From the human T2T-CHM13v2.0 reference genome, Homo sapiens: a stretch of DNA of 64,000 bases. The notes beneath the pieces are model-generated. The model was not told where the DNA came from. It searched no databases and saw nothing but the letters and a program-made list of their open reading frames with translations. How positions within the stretch are numbered: position 1 is the first letter of the stretch; every line of letters starts with the position of its first letter. Shown here in pieces: positions 1 to 18,630 of the stretch. The position numbers and the translations under genes were made by a program. The DNA lies in the NCBI RefSeq assembly GCF_009914755.1, contig NC_060929.1, one strand, 5' to 3'.

Positions 1-401
1 CACACAGGGCCCGCACTGGCAGAGCTGGAGGAGCCCACAGTCCCCAGGCACATGACCCATGCGCTCAGGAGGAGGTGTGGGACAGTGGGGAGAGTGGGGT
101 TTCAGGTTGCCTTGCCCCACCCTCGGGGGCAGCCCCAATCTCCTGGGGCTCTAAAGAAGGGACCCACATGCCTGTCTCTCTGAGCTGCTGTGAGACAGTG
201 CCCATATACAGACTGGCATAGGCCTGGCGCTGCTGGACTCTCAGTGACAGCCTCACTTCTCTGGCTGGAGGAGGTCCAAGGCCCAGGAGAACCTGCTGTG
301 CCCTGGGCAGGGGTTGAGGTGGGGCACTGGGAAAGCTCTGACCCAGCCTAGGAGGCGCCAGTAGGCTCCCCACAATCCTGGGCATGAGGGTCCACCACTA
401 G

Positions 402-1420
<1,019 letters not shown>

Positions 1421-1910
1421 ACGCTCCTCCAGCTCTGCCAGCGTGGGCCCTGCATGTGACCGGGCTGTCAGAGCTCACGTCAGCTCTGGCCTGGCCTCAG
1501 CTGGCTCTCAGGCCCTGCCCCTAGGACCACCCCTGAAGCCCTTCAGTCCATCCTCATTCTTCCTCCCAGCACAAGCCTAAGCACGCCCTGCTCTTCTCCC
1601 CTCCTGCGAGTTTGTCCCCTCCCACCTCTGCATGAGACCCAGGCGTCCCCTAGGATCCTGGAGCCCCGAACATCCTACTGGGCCTCGGAGCCCGGGCTAC
1701 CCTCAGTTTCCTGGGATTCCAGACCCCGTATCATGCAGAAGCCTCTGCCTGTGCAGTGAAGACACACATTCCACTGGTTTCTTAGTACAGCACTGACCAC
1801 GTGGCAGCCACTGGCGCCGTGAAACCCACAGGATGTGGCTCAGGACAGGAGCTACATCCAGGCCCACGGGCCGAAAGGGGAATGCTCTGGTCACCTCAGT
1901 CCCACCCAAG

Positions 1911-2607
<697 letters not shown>

Positions 2608-3188
2608 TCACCACTGGGAGGCCCTGGTGGAGCTGGTGGCTCTGGAGGTCCCTAGCCTGAAGAGGTTTCCCAGCCTCCTTAGGGTCTGGGCCCTGCTACC
2701 TGGCCTCGCCTTCTGCTGACGTCACAAATCCTTCTCGGCAGAGCTCAAGAGCAGTGTGGATTCCCTCAGCACGCTGTCCTATGTGGCCCCCACCTGCCCA
2801 TTTCCCAACTGTCTTCCCCACTGAGGTCCCTGGACCCAGAAACGCAGCTGGGCCCAGCCCCAGGGCCTGAACGTCAAAGCCACTGCTTAAGAAACATCTA
2901 CCCCATGGTACAGGGCCAGGAGGCGAGCCCTGCGCCTCTGAACCCCCATTTCCCCATCTGGGCATCCCTGTTTCTTGTCATCTCTAAGATGCTGTTCAGT
3001 TTGGCGGGTTTGAAGCTGGGGTGCGCCTTCTGCCCTGCAGCATCTTAGATTCCATGAAATGTGGTGAGAGAGACTTGGTCAAATGCCTCGGATGATGCCA
3101 GGCCCAGGCCCCACACCTCCAAGCACGGGAGCCCCTGGTGGCCCCTGGCCTGTCTCCTCTAGTGGGAGCCCGAGCTGGGGGCACTCAC

Positions 3189-3321
3189 ACTGGCTGGGAG
3201 CATTCCTGTGGGTTGCACGCTCTGCGGATGGCTTTGGGCTTCGAGAGGGCGGCACAGAAGCCACGGTGTACCATCTTGTGGTCCAGCCTCCGGCGGCAGC
3301 CATACTTGGTGAACTGGGACC
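3189..3321 (-). CDS. ADAMTS2: ADAMTS2 exon 18 (133 nt), TSR2
   Basis: cttcag|GGTCC...CCAGT|gtgagt; [45 protein letters not shown]. Confidence 0.97.
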
Positions 3322-3713
3322 CTGAAGGCAGAGAGCTCGACGGGGGTCGGTGGGGCAGCATGCCCTGCCCGAGGATGCAAGGAGGGGTGGGCTGCACCAG
3401 CAGTGCTGGCCTCGTTTTCCTGCTCACCCTTGTGATGACAATAAGGGTGGGCAGGGCACCGAGCCTGCGGCTGGCTGGGGGGAGGCCTTGGTGTGTCCCG
3501 GGTGGAGGGGCGAGAGGGCAGGAGAGGCCATTTTCTCCCCTAGGCTGCCTCTCCCTCACTGGGCTCCTGGGTCAGAGTGGAGGCCCTATTTCCTTGCTAC
3601 TGCTAGGCACCGCTTCTACCTTGACCTCACATGCCCAGCAGGCCTGGTGCAAGCCAGGAGCCGGGCAAGCACTGGGCCCGCAGCCCGCATGCTTCCTCCC
3701 ACAGGCCCAGAGC

Positions 3714-3928
3714 AGCCGTGCTCAACCCGGGTGATTTTCTCCAGCAGGGGACATTTGGCCACGTCTGGGACATGTTTGGTTGTCACAACTGGGGGAAGGG
3801 GTGCTACTGGCATCTGGTGAGCAAAGGCCAAGGATGCTGCTTGACACCCCACCGTGCACAGGACAGCCCCCATGGCGGCGAGTGACAGAGCCCAAAATGT
3901 CAGTGATGCCCAGGCTTCGAAACCCTGG
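3714..3928 (-). mobile_element. MER20-like DNA transposon (hAT)
   Basis: ggggacatttggcc...tggttgtcacaactgggg...ctactggcatctggtg...ggccaaggatgctgc. Confidence 0.8.
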
Positions 3929-5114
3929 CCTGCTGGGTAAGACCAAAGAAAGCATGGAGATAAAGCCTGACCTCCTCTGGGTGCCTGGAGGCATCCCAGG
4001 AAGCAGAGGCTGGGGAGGCTGACGTGGTGGCAGGGCGGTGGAGGGGCTCAGGCGAGGAGAAGCCTGCGCAGAGGCCCCAAGGTGGGACATGGTGTGTATC
4101 CAGGAAAAGCCCTTAAGGCCGGCGTGGCCAGGACCTGGGGGCGAGGCACAGGGTGGAGATATACTGGGAGAGGCCAACAAGTTGCCCCAACCCTGGAGGC
4201 CATGAGGAGAATTTTGTTTTTTATCCTAAGAGCAGAGGAAGCTGTTGAAGACTATGACACCAGGAAGAGAGAGACATTGTCTGATGTGTTCCCTCAAACG
4301 GTTACTTTGGGGTGAGAGTGGACACACAAGGGCCAGTCCAGAGGAAGGTGGGTGCCAGGACCGGGGAATGGCCAGGAAGATGGGAAGAGCACACAGGCCC
4401 AGGAGATTTCAGGAATCACCAGGGGTGGATGCGCTGATGAAATCCAGGCCCGGTGTGGGGCCGGGGGTGCCCAGGGGCCCTGGAAGAGGACCCTTCCATC
4501 TGCCTGGGCCAGGGAGTGACCCCACCTCTTGGTGAGCTCCTTGTCCTCCAGGTGTGGGCCCAGCATGGCATCGAGGGAGGACTGTCCTGGTCACTTGCCT
4601 GGTATCGCCCAGCCCCCAGGAGCACGCAGAACAGATCAGCGCTTCCTGTCTGCCTCTGGGTCCTATGTCCCATCAACTGCAGACTCTCTGGGGTCCAGAG
4701 TGGGTAGGACCCCTCTGTGCTCAGCCCTGTCCCAGAAACATCTGGGAGGCTTTTCCCAGTGAACGGAGAGAGAAGCCTCTGGAGGTGTCATCTGCACTGC
4801 CAGAGTCTTGCCTATGCGATCCTGCCAATGCCACGGCATGATCCTTCTGAGGTGTCCACACATCAACCTCTTGCTAGGCCAGCCTGTCACCCCCACACTG
4901 AAGCAGGCCCACAAATACAGGGTCCATGCCCCACACACCCTTTGGCCACATTTGACCCAATGCCCCAGCACCCCCCTTCCTGCCCACCCACCGGCCCCTC
5001 CATTGCCGCTAAGCCCTTGCCCACCCAGGCAAAGGTCCCTGCTGTGGCTCCTCGGCCCCTGCTCACGCTGGCCCCACCCCAGGGATGCTCCCTACCTTCT
5101 CGTGGTCACCCTCA

Positions 5115-6337
<1,223 letters not shown>

Positions 6338-7047
6338 GCTCACACACTGATGCAGGCAGGTCACCAAAGGCACGTCCAGGGGGCCAGAAGTCACTGCAGG
6401 CGAGGCAGGCAGGGTGCCAGGGGGTACACGGGGCATACCTGGCTCACTGCTGCACCTGCTTACAGGTGCACCCACGTGTGGAGCGCTGGGGGCTGGTGGA
6501 TTAATCCCAATGCCAGCATGCCCACCTTAGGGAGGGGCTCCAGAGCATGGGAGCCTTATTTGTGATATGTACCTTTTTTGACAAATAAAATATATCCCTA
6601 TGCAGTTAAATTACATTTTAAAAAGTGATCTGACCTCCTCAAAACCAGGTAAAAAGAAAGTGATTTGAAAATCCAGCCCCCGTGGTACTTTCCTACAACC
6701 AGGAGATCTGGGGTCCCATCCTGCTTAGAGACACAGTCCAGCTCAACCTGGGTCTGGGCATCTAGCTTCCCAGACCCTGAGCGTCACCTCCCAGAGTGTC
6801 ACCGATTCCAATGTAACAGCACACTCGAACGAGCATGCTGATGGCAGCTGTGAATGTCATTCAGATGGTGAAACCGAAACCCTCAAAGGGAGAGTGTGCC
6901 CAAGGTCACCTAGGGGTCATGTGGGGTCCAGAGCCCCGGCTCGTGGATGCATGTCCCTTCCTGGCTCTGACCAAGTCGGAGCCCCTTGGTGCCAAAGGCA
7001 GGCCAAAGGGGCCACGCAGAGTGTCACCTGAAGGGTCAGGAGGCTCA

Positions 7048-7491
<444 letters not shown>

Positions 7492-8221
7492 TTACCCTCC
7501 ACTCGCATCCTCTGCCCCCACCAGCCCTGGAGGTGCCGGCTCCCCTTGGAAGCCACTCAGTAGCCGTCAAGGCCACCTACCCATACCCTATTGGGAGCAC
7601 TCAGTGGGCGCTTAGAGGCCACCCGGGGCAGGATGGCTGGGAGGGGTCTGTACGCGGTGCAGGGCATCTGCTGGACAGGCGAGCACATGACCCTGCTGGA
7701 GTAGGGCTTCCTGCCATGGGGTGAGTATATGTCTGGCTGAAACAGCAGAACCCCCACCCCATCAGGGACCATGGCCCAGCCGAGGCCCCAGCAGCTCCCC
7801 ACAGCCCCAGAAGAGGCCTGGCCTGATTGGGTGACACTCAGGTCATCTAGGAGCAGAGGACCTGGCTAGCCAGGAAGCCCCATGCTCTCTGCAGTGTGGG
7901 GGGTGGCTGCTGCGGGGCAGCTGGGTGATGTGAGTGGGGCCGCAGACAGGGCACTAGTGAGAAAATCATTCCCTGTCACGTCCCCTGTAATTCTGTCCAC
8001 TCACAAACAAAGCCTCTGCTTGGTGCCACACGTCCCTGCCTTCTCTCTGGCCCTTGCTCCCTTTCCACAGAGAGCGACCTCAGCCCCAGAGGCGGTGGCA
8101 GGAAGCAGCGTTGGGACAGAAATGTCTTTTTGTTCAGAAACTGACTTTTCTGTTCACCTGCTTCAGGCAAGTGGTACAGGTTTTTATATTTAGGGTAGCA
8201 GTCGAAAGTTTCCTCTTAAGA

Positions 8222-8565
<344 letters not shown>

Positions 8566-9421
8566 CTAAATAAAAACAAAATAAAATAAAACAAAAGGGA
8601 GATAAAATAAAAGGGCATGGTATGTTTGTCAGGCAGCGTGGGTGCTGGTCCACGGCAGCGTGGGAGCCCCAATCCTGTCCAGCCTCCTGGGGATGGGGAT
8701 GAATGTGGGGCTCAGATTGGGGAAGGGACTTATCCAGGGGCCCCAGCAGTCCCTGGTATCACTTCTGACCTTGGCCCATGAATTCCCAGAAGGTAGGGCC
8801 CAGGCACCTTCAGAGGGAGGGTGGACAGGTCCTGAGAGCCTCCCGCGTGGCCTGGGAGGGCGTGGTCTCCCAGGCAGCGCTGCTTCGTGGAAAGGGGCAC
8901 CGAGAGGTGTGAGAACATCCATATTTTCAGGAGATACCAGGATCCCTATTTTAGCTGGAATCTCTTGAATTTAAAATTAAACGAATTGAAAATGTAAGTG
9001 CACTGTGTGCACCCACCTGACAGCTGGCCTTGCTGAGGGGATGGGAGGGCTGCCCAGGACCCTGCTGCCTGCAGACCCTGCCTGCCTTCCCGAGGGCAGG
9101 GGGCCTTCCCGCCCCGACTGTGAGAACAGGGGACAGGGAGTCATCCTGTAGACTGAGGGACACATGTTTTGCATATATGTCCTTTCATAGCTGCTGCCAA
9201 GCGGAGCCCTCTGATCCCAAACCCTGGCCTCTCCACAAGGGGAGGACCCTGGGAAAGGGCCCAGGTGGGCTGAGCAGAGGGACAGGTTGGGGAGGGGCTG
9301 CCCTGGCTCAGGTCATGGCTGCACAACCCGGGCCCCTGACCCCTGACCCCTGGCACTCTGCCCATTGATCCCAGAGGAGCCAGGTCCTGAGGACGTCAAG
9401 TTGTCCGGCTCTGAGACTCAC

Positions 9422-9502
9422 CCAGATGGTGGCTGGTGGCGTCTACCTCCTGAATGAGCAGGTGTCTGGCTCCTGCAGGGATCTCAAACATCTTGATGTA
9501 AC
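9422..9502 (-). CDS. ADAMTS2: ADAMTS2 exon 15 (81 nt), spacer
   Basis: aaaaaaag|GTTAC...CTGG|gtgagt; [27 protein letters not shown]; phases fit exons 14 and 16. Confidence 0.95.
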
Positions 9503-9903
9503 CTTTTTTTGATGTGGAAAGACACAGAAAACTGAGAAGGGAAGGCGCCGCTCAAATTCGCACCATGCAAGGAGGGGCCTCGCTCTTGAAGGCAGCTCCT
9601 CCGGAGGCTCTCCCAGGACCCTGGTATTTCTCTGGCTTTGAGGACCCACCTGAGAGGGGCCACCAGGAAAGCTGCTGCCTCCAGGCTAGTCTTTAAGGCC
9701 CAACCCGGGCATCCTCATATACTGGCATTCTCCACTCTAACCCCTGTGACCCCGGCCCCCACTCTCCTCTTCCCCACCCACCCTGGCACCCAGCTGGGGC
9801 TGTCCCCGACTTAGGATTCTCCCTCCCCCTCAGTGTCACAGACCTCTCCCCCTCCCCAGAACAGTCATAAGCCCGGACAGCCCCAGGATGAGTCAGGCCC
9901 TCA

Positions 9904-10131
<228 letters not shown>

Positions 10132-10132
10132 C

Positions 10133-10250
10133 TAGTAGAGTCAGGGTCATACTATGTTGCCCCCAGTCTCGAACACCTGGCCTCAAGCGATCCTCCTGCC
10201 TTGGCCTCCCAAAGCATTGGGATTACAGGCGTGAACCACCTTGCCTGGCC
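10133..10250 (-). mobile_element. Alu left-monomer fragment
   Basis: gcctcccaaagcattgggattacaggcgtgaaccacc. Confidence 0.85.
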
Positions 10251-10298
10251 TCATCTTTTATTATCTCCAAAATCAGAGTGCGTCTAGTCATCAGTTAA

Positions 10299-10777
<479 letters not shown>

Positions 10778-10918
10778 TAACAGACAGAATCCAGTTGGAT
10801 ATTATTTTTTGACCCAGTATTAGGTTCTGCATGAATATTTATGTTTTCTAATTATGCAAAATTGAGCAACCTGCTATTACCTGTCAAAATCAACATTAAT
10901 AAAATATTTAACCTATTC

Positions 10919-11203
10919 TTTTTTTTTTTTTGAGACAGTCTCGCTCTGTCGCCTAAGCTGGAGTCAGTGGCGCGATCTTGGCTCACTGCAGCCTCCGCCT
11001 CCCAGGTTCAAGTGAGTCTCCTGCCTCAGCCTCCCGAGTCGCTGCCTGTAGTCCCAGCTAATTTTTTTTTTTTTTGTATTTTTAGTAGAGACGGGGTTTC
11101 ACCATGTTGGTCAGGCTAGTCTTGAACCCCAGACCTCAAATAATCTGCCCGCCTCGGCCTCCCAAAGTGCTGGGATTACAGGCGTGAGCCACCACGCCCA
11201 GCC
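10919..11203 (-). mobile_element. Alu (AluS) with internal micro-inversion/deletion
   Basis: Reverse Alu; flanks cctattctt / cctatcctt. Confidence 0.95.
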
Positions 11204-11369
11204 CCTATCCTTCTTTAATACCCATGTCAGGAGTGACGTGATAGCCACACCCACGGAGACAGTGCATTAGTGATCTTCCCTCCCCGTTAGGTTTACAACC
11301 ATGATCACAGCTGCCATCTGAAGCTACTTGTACTACAACTGTTTCCCATGCTTGCTGCCTGTATTAATT

Positions 11370-11790
11370 ATGTTTTTGTTTTTCAAAACGTCCTATGTCT
11401 TGATATTTTGACATCTTAAAAATCTTCCTGTCTGGGGAGAGACTACACCTCCCAGGGGTATCCAGTTCTAAGGGACAGCAAAGCACTGGGTTGGGGACAC
11501 ACCTTTCACATGCAAGCCAGCCAGTCTTCAGTCTATACCCCAAGCACCTCCTTTATCCAGGACTCACATACCAAACCAAGATTCTTGCACCCTAACTCAT
11601 CCCAGGGTTGGGTACCAGGCTACTGGGGACCACCCTAAACTCCAGAGCCCACTGGAATGATTCAAACTGGCCATTCCTGAGCTGTCCCCCTTCCACTGCC
11701 CTGCCTTCCTCAGGAGCCCTCTCAGTGACATTGGCCTCCCCACGTCCTCACTGGGTCACCTCCATAAATTAAAATCCCAAGGGTACAGAG
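11370..11790 (+). mobile_element. MER39/MER34-like LTR
   Basis: ttttgacatc...cacacctttcacatgcaa...ccagagcccactggaatgattcaaactggcca; related copy at about 57550-58000. Confidence 0.6.
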
Positions 11791-11911
11791 CAGACACCAC
11801 CTGTTCTTGTTTTGGCGTATTTGGTGTCGCCATCTCTGAGCCAGCTGTATAGCCCAGCCTCCCGGCCCTGCCGAAGTCACAGGAGCAAATGCAGAGCAGC
11901 CCTCGAGCACC

Positions 11912-12400
11912 CTCCCGGCTCCAGCTCCAGCTCCAGCTCCCGGCTCCAGCTCCAGCTCCCGGCTCCATCCCCCAGCTCCCGGCTCCAGCCCCCAGCTCCC
12001 GGCTCCAGCCCCCAGCTCCCGGCTCCAGCCCCCAGCTCCCGGCTCCAGCTCCCAGCTCCCGGGTCCAGCTCCCGGCTCCAGACCCCAGCTCCCGGCTCCA
12101 GCCCCCAGCTCCCGGCTCCAGCCCCCAGCTCCCGACTCCAGCTCCAGCTCCCGGCTCCAGCCCCCAGCTCCGGGCCTCTAGCCCCCAGCTCCCGGCTCCA
12201 GTCCCCAGCTCCCGGCTCCAGCTCCAGCCCCCAGCTCCCGGCTCCAGCTCCCAGCTCCCGGGTCCAGCTCCCGGGTCCAGCTCCCGGCTCCAGCCCCCAG
12301 CTCCCGGCTCCAGCCCCCAGCTCCCGGCTCCAGCTCCCAGCTCCCGGCTCCAGCCCCCAGCTCCCGACTCCAGCTCCAGCTCCCGGCTCCAGCCCCCAGC
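11912..12400. repeat. GC-rich minisatellite, about 20-bp unit GGCTCCAGCCCCCAGCTCCC built from 6-7-bp subunits
   Basis: Directly visible; explains the repetitive PAP/GAG ORFs on both strands. Confidence 0.97.
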
Positions 12401-12764
12401 CGCTGTCCCTGCGCCCACTCCCCTAGAGGTGCCTTCCTGCCGATGCGGCTGTTTCTCAGGAAGGTCAAGCCAGAGTCAGCCTCCACGACTCCTGCCATCA
12501 GTCCTGTCTACACAAGCCCTAAGCAGAGACTTCCGGTTGTTTTCGGGGGAGCCTGGCAGGGACAAGTCTATGTTCATGTCACCGTCACATGGCGAGGTGA
12601 CACGAGATTGTTTTTCCTGACAGCCAAAGATTGAAGCCAAAGGCATCATAATAAAAGAAAACAGAGGAGGGCATTTCTACAAAGCACCAAACCAGTGACC
12701 CTCACAGTGGCCACCCAGATCCAGCAAGAAGCTGCCCAGTGCCCTGCAGGGTGCAAGGATGGGG

Positions 12765-12925
12765 CCTGCTTCACAAGGGTCCCCTGTAGGTCACGTGCAT
12801 TGGAAATCACCTGGGATGCTCCTAAAAATTCATGCTCCCAGGCCGCCACCACCGTGACCTGTGGAATCAGGACGTCTGAGGTGGAGTCCAAACTCTCCAG
12901 GTGAGTCCTAGGCATACTCAAGTCT
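12765..12925. mobile_element. MER5-like DNA transposon fragment
   Basis: gcattggaaatcacctgggatgctcctaaaaat...aactctccaggtgagtcct. Confidence 0.5.
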
Positions 12926-13014
12926 CAGGCTCCCAGCACAGGGGAGGGGTAAACAGACATTTGCCAAGAGCCTGCCCTGGTCCGGGCATTGTTTCTGACA
13001 CTTCGTATGCTTCA

Positions 13015-13506
<492 letters not shown>

Positions 13507-13509
13507 TCA

Positions 13510-14245
<736 letters not shown>

Positions 14246-14752
14246 TCAGACTCAGGTCCCTGGAACCTTCCCTTCTCAGCCTTTATCTGAGGCAACTAAA
14301 ACGCTGGGCCCCCAGACTGTGGCCTCCGCCAGAGGGGGACCCCATCTGCTGTGTCACCTCCAACCCTGCACTGGCCCACATGAGGCAGCAGCTGCTGGGC
14401 TAGGGCAACAGCCATGGAGGAGAAACAAGGACTGTGTTTACAGTCCGTCCCAGGAGGGTCCCCAGCTGCCACACAAGCACTGCCATGCCCAAGGCCACCA
14501 GACTCCTCAGGTCCCTGAGCCAATAAATGCCTTCTAGTGCTGAAACCGGTTGGAGTCAACTTTCTGACACTCGCAACTGAGAGTCCCGACTAATAGAGAA
14601 GGTCAGAGGTCACCAGATTCCTTGGCAGGGTCAGCCCTGGCCTCAGCCCTGAGCTGACCACACAGCTCAAGCCTCGTCCACCCACGGTGAACTGCAGGAG
14701 CCCGGCCCCTGCCGAGCCCGCAGCCCGGCCACCTCTTCCATGTCCTCAGCTA

Positions 14753-15226
<474 letters not shown>

Positions 15227-17093
15227 TTAGGGGGGATCCCTAAGTCTCAGGTGTCCGGGGGGCAGCTCTGCTGAGCAAAGGGACCTTGCCCTGCCATGTC
15301 CTAGCTGTAAGACCTGGGCAGTTGTCCAGCCTGTCAGGCCTCAGAGTGAAGCTCTTGAAAGGACAGGACAGGATGGCCACATCCTCCCTCCTGGGGTTCC
15401 TGTGGGGAGGCAGCATCTGCTCACAGCCCTGGTGCCACCTCCTCCCCAGCACTGATGCCTGGGCTTGGAGATGAACAGGAAGCTGTGATTGGGTGTTTAG
15501 GTTCTGTGTTCCCCACAGGGCGAAAACCCCAGCACGGCAGGAGCTGAGTGAGTCTCCTCTGCAGCTGGCCCTGGGCACCGAGCCTAGCACAGAAAGAGGC
15601 ATGCTGAGGCCCCAGAGTCCCGGTGCTGCAGTTCTCAGCAAGTGTCTTGGCACAAAGCAGACGCATCACGGCCGCTGGGTTTTCTCCCTGTGGAGAAGGC
15701 GGGCTGCGTTTCTGCAACGTCTTCGCTTCACTGGGAACAGCACCAACCCACACACTGCCTCTTGAGGTTCTAAATGCCCAGCAATCTCTTTCCGAGTCTG
15801 GCGTAAAAGCCCCAGGGGTGCTTGAGGAGGGGCCACGGGGCTCCCTGTCTGCTTCTGGCCGGGAGGGCAGCCTGGAGCCTGGGGCAGGAGGACAGCAGGG
15901 GTAGGAGAGGGATCCATGCACGAGCGTGTTCACACGTGCTGCTGAGGGAGGCTGTCCCACTGCGGGATCCCTCCGCGGAGCCGTGACTGCGGGTCCTCTC
16001 TGGCTCCGCAGGGTCCAGCTCGGGCCTGGCCAGAGCAAGGAGAGCAGCCCGAGTGAACAGGACCCAGGAGCGGCCGCAGAGGCCGGAGCGCAGCAGCCGG
16101 GACGCACCCGGAGCCCTGCCCGCCAGCTGGTAACTGGGCCCGGCTGTGCATCTGTGATGCCCAATTTGGAGGCTGGAAATCTGTTTTGTTTGTTTTTCTA
16201 ATGTGAAATTACAGATTGTCAATATTTTCAGGCAAATCAAAATCTTTAAAATACCAGACAGGCCAAAAAGGAAAGACCGAAGCTCTGTGTGTCTAAGCAG
16301 CTGCAGGGCCTGCGGCGTAAGAGCCCGCTGCGCAGGTGGGAGACGGGGGTAACGCTGATGTTTGTGGAGGGTTCTCCCTCCATGCCAGCCCCCCCGGGAC
16401 ACTCCCTGGGTGAGGCCAGGGTGAGCGTTCAGGCAGGAGGAGACAGGCAGTGGAGGAGGGAGAGGAGGGTGTGGATGAGAAAGTGGCTGCGGGCTGAGGA
16501 GGGAGCACGGGCCCGGGAGATATTTACGGGGTGTGTGGGGGTGAGGTGGGAGGAATGAGAAGGGGCAGGAGGACAGCACAGGGCATGGGGCCTGCGTGGC
16601 GGGTGGGGCTGAGGTATAGCTGAGCATGGGGATGCAGCTGGCATGGGCCGGCTCTACAGGTTGTCCCTCCCCTGGGCAGCCAGACACTGATGACAAATCC
16701 CGACCCTGCCCTCACCTGGCTGCAAACAGCTGCCCAGGTGCTAGCATCGGGGGGGCTGAGAGACCACCCCCGCTTACCCCCATTTCCCCAGCTCGGTCCT
16801 CCCTCCTCTCCTCCATGCCCGTGGCCAGGAGAGACAGAGTAAATCTGTCTAGAGTGGGCTGCAGGCAGGTGGGCTGTGGGCCCCGGCCAGGGGAAGGGGT
16901 AAGAGGCAGAGCTAAGCGTCCCCTGAGCCGTCACCCCCTCCCAGGTAGGGTGAGGCAGGCGGGGCAGCCTGCCCTGCACCTCTCCAGAACTGGTGTGCAG
17001 CCACAGGGCCCTCCAGGACAGGGCTGGCTGGAGAGGGTCTCCTGGACCCTCAGCTGCCACTCAGCAAGGCCAGGGGGACATGGGGCCAACTCA

Positions 17094-17408
<315 letters not shown>

Positions 17409-18004
17409 TCATTGGCCAGAGGCAATAAGAGGCACAGTGAGGGGCTGGCCTGCCCTGCCTCCCGCTTGCTGACCCACCCTCCTGCCTTCTAGCAGCTCTG
17501 TGTCCCCTCAGCTGGAAGCTGCACCACATGACGCCGCCAGGATAGATGCCTCCTGGGTGCCCACACACAGCCCATTTATAAAGATACCACTGGCCTATCA
17601 GGCCAGTGACTGCAAGACATACAAGGTTTATTTAAGCAAAAAAGGCAATTTAGAGGAAATACTATGGAAAAAAGGGACAAGTAATATGCTGACATGGTAA
17701 AAACCAGGAATAAAGTCCAATGCTGGCATGTAGGAAAAATGATTCCACATCTTAATCTGATCACAGTGCTCTCATTCCTCTAGGGGGAGGAAGCGTCTAC
17801 AGTTTAGGGGACCCACTTTAAGAAGAAGATTGCAAAATTAAAGAATTAAATTAGGTGCAAAATGGGTTATTGACTTGAAATGAGAAAATACATCACACAA
17901 AAACGTTTTAAAACTGACAATGACCAAACAACCAAAAAACAGAGAACAAGGACTTCTAATACATTGACTGACAGAACTTTTCCTTCAGTTCCGACTGCAT
18001 GCTC

Positions 18005-18318
18005 TTTTTTTTTTTTTTTTTTGAGACAGAGTCTCACTCTGTCCCCCCAGGTTGGAGTGCAGTGACGATCTTGGCTCACTGCAACCTCCGCCTCCTGGGT
18101 TCAAGCGATTCTCTTGCCTCAGCCTCCCGAGTAGCTGGGATTACAGGTGTCCACCACCACCCCCAGCTAATTTTTGCATTTTTTTTTTTTTTATTTTTAG
18201 TAGACACAGGGTTTTGCCATGTTGGCCAGGCTGGTCTCGAACTCCTGACCTCAGGTGATCCACCTGCCTCAGCCTTCCAAAGTGCTAGGATTACAGGCGT
18301 GAGCCACCGCGCCCGGCC
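18005..18318 (-). mobile_element. Alu (AluS)
   Basis: TSD gactgcat(g/a)ctc. Confidence 0.96.
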
Positions 18319-18434
18319 GACTGCATACTCTTTAACCCTTCTTTGTATGACCTAATTTTGTAGCACTGTTTCCACAAAGAGAACAGAAAGAGAACGCAGC
18401 CATTCCTTGGCAAACTCTTCTCAGCAAACCATTC

Positions 18435-18630
18435 CTCAGCAAATTCTTTCTGTAAAAGGGCCAGAGAGTAACTATTGTAGACTTTGCAGGCTATATAATC
18501 TCTGTTGCAATTAATCAATTCTGCCATCAGAGCTTGAAAGCAGCTATAGACAACCTATAAATGAATGGACATGGCTGTGTTCCTTATTGGAACTTTATTT
18601 TGTAAACTTTATTTACAAAAACAGGCAGCA
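18435..18630 (+). mobile_element. MER58A-like hAT element, split by the L1 below (remainder at about 23435-23475)
   Basis: ttctgtaaaagggccagagagtaa...aaagcagctatagacaa...tttatttacaaaaacaggcagc. Confidence 0.7.

Noticed and set aside
11756-12620. 200-240-aa Pro/Ala/Ser- or Gly-rich ORFs on both strands
   Set aside because: By-products of a stop-poor minisatellite; no splice or promoter support
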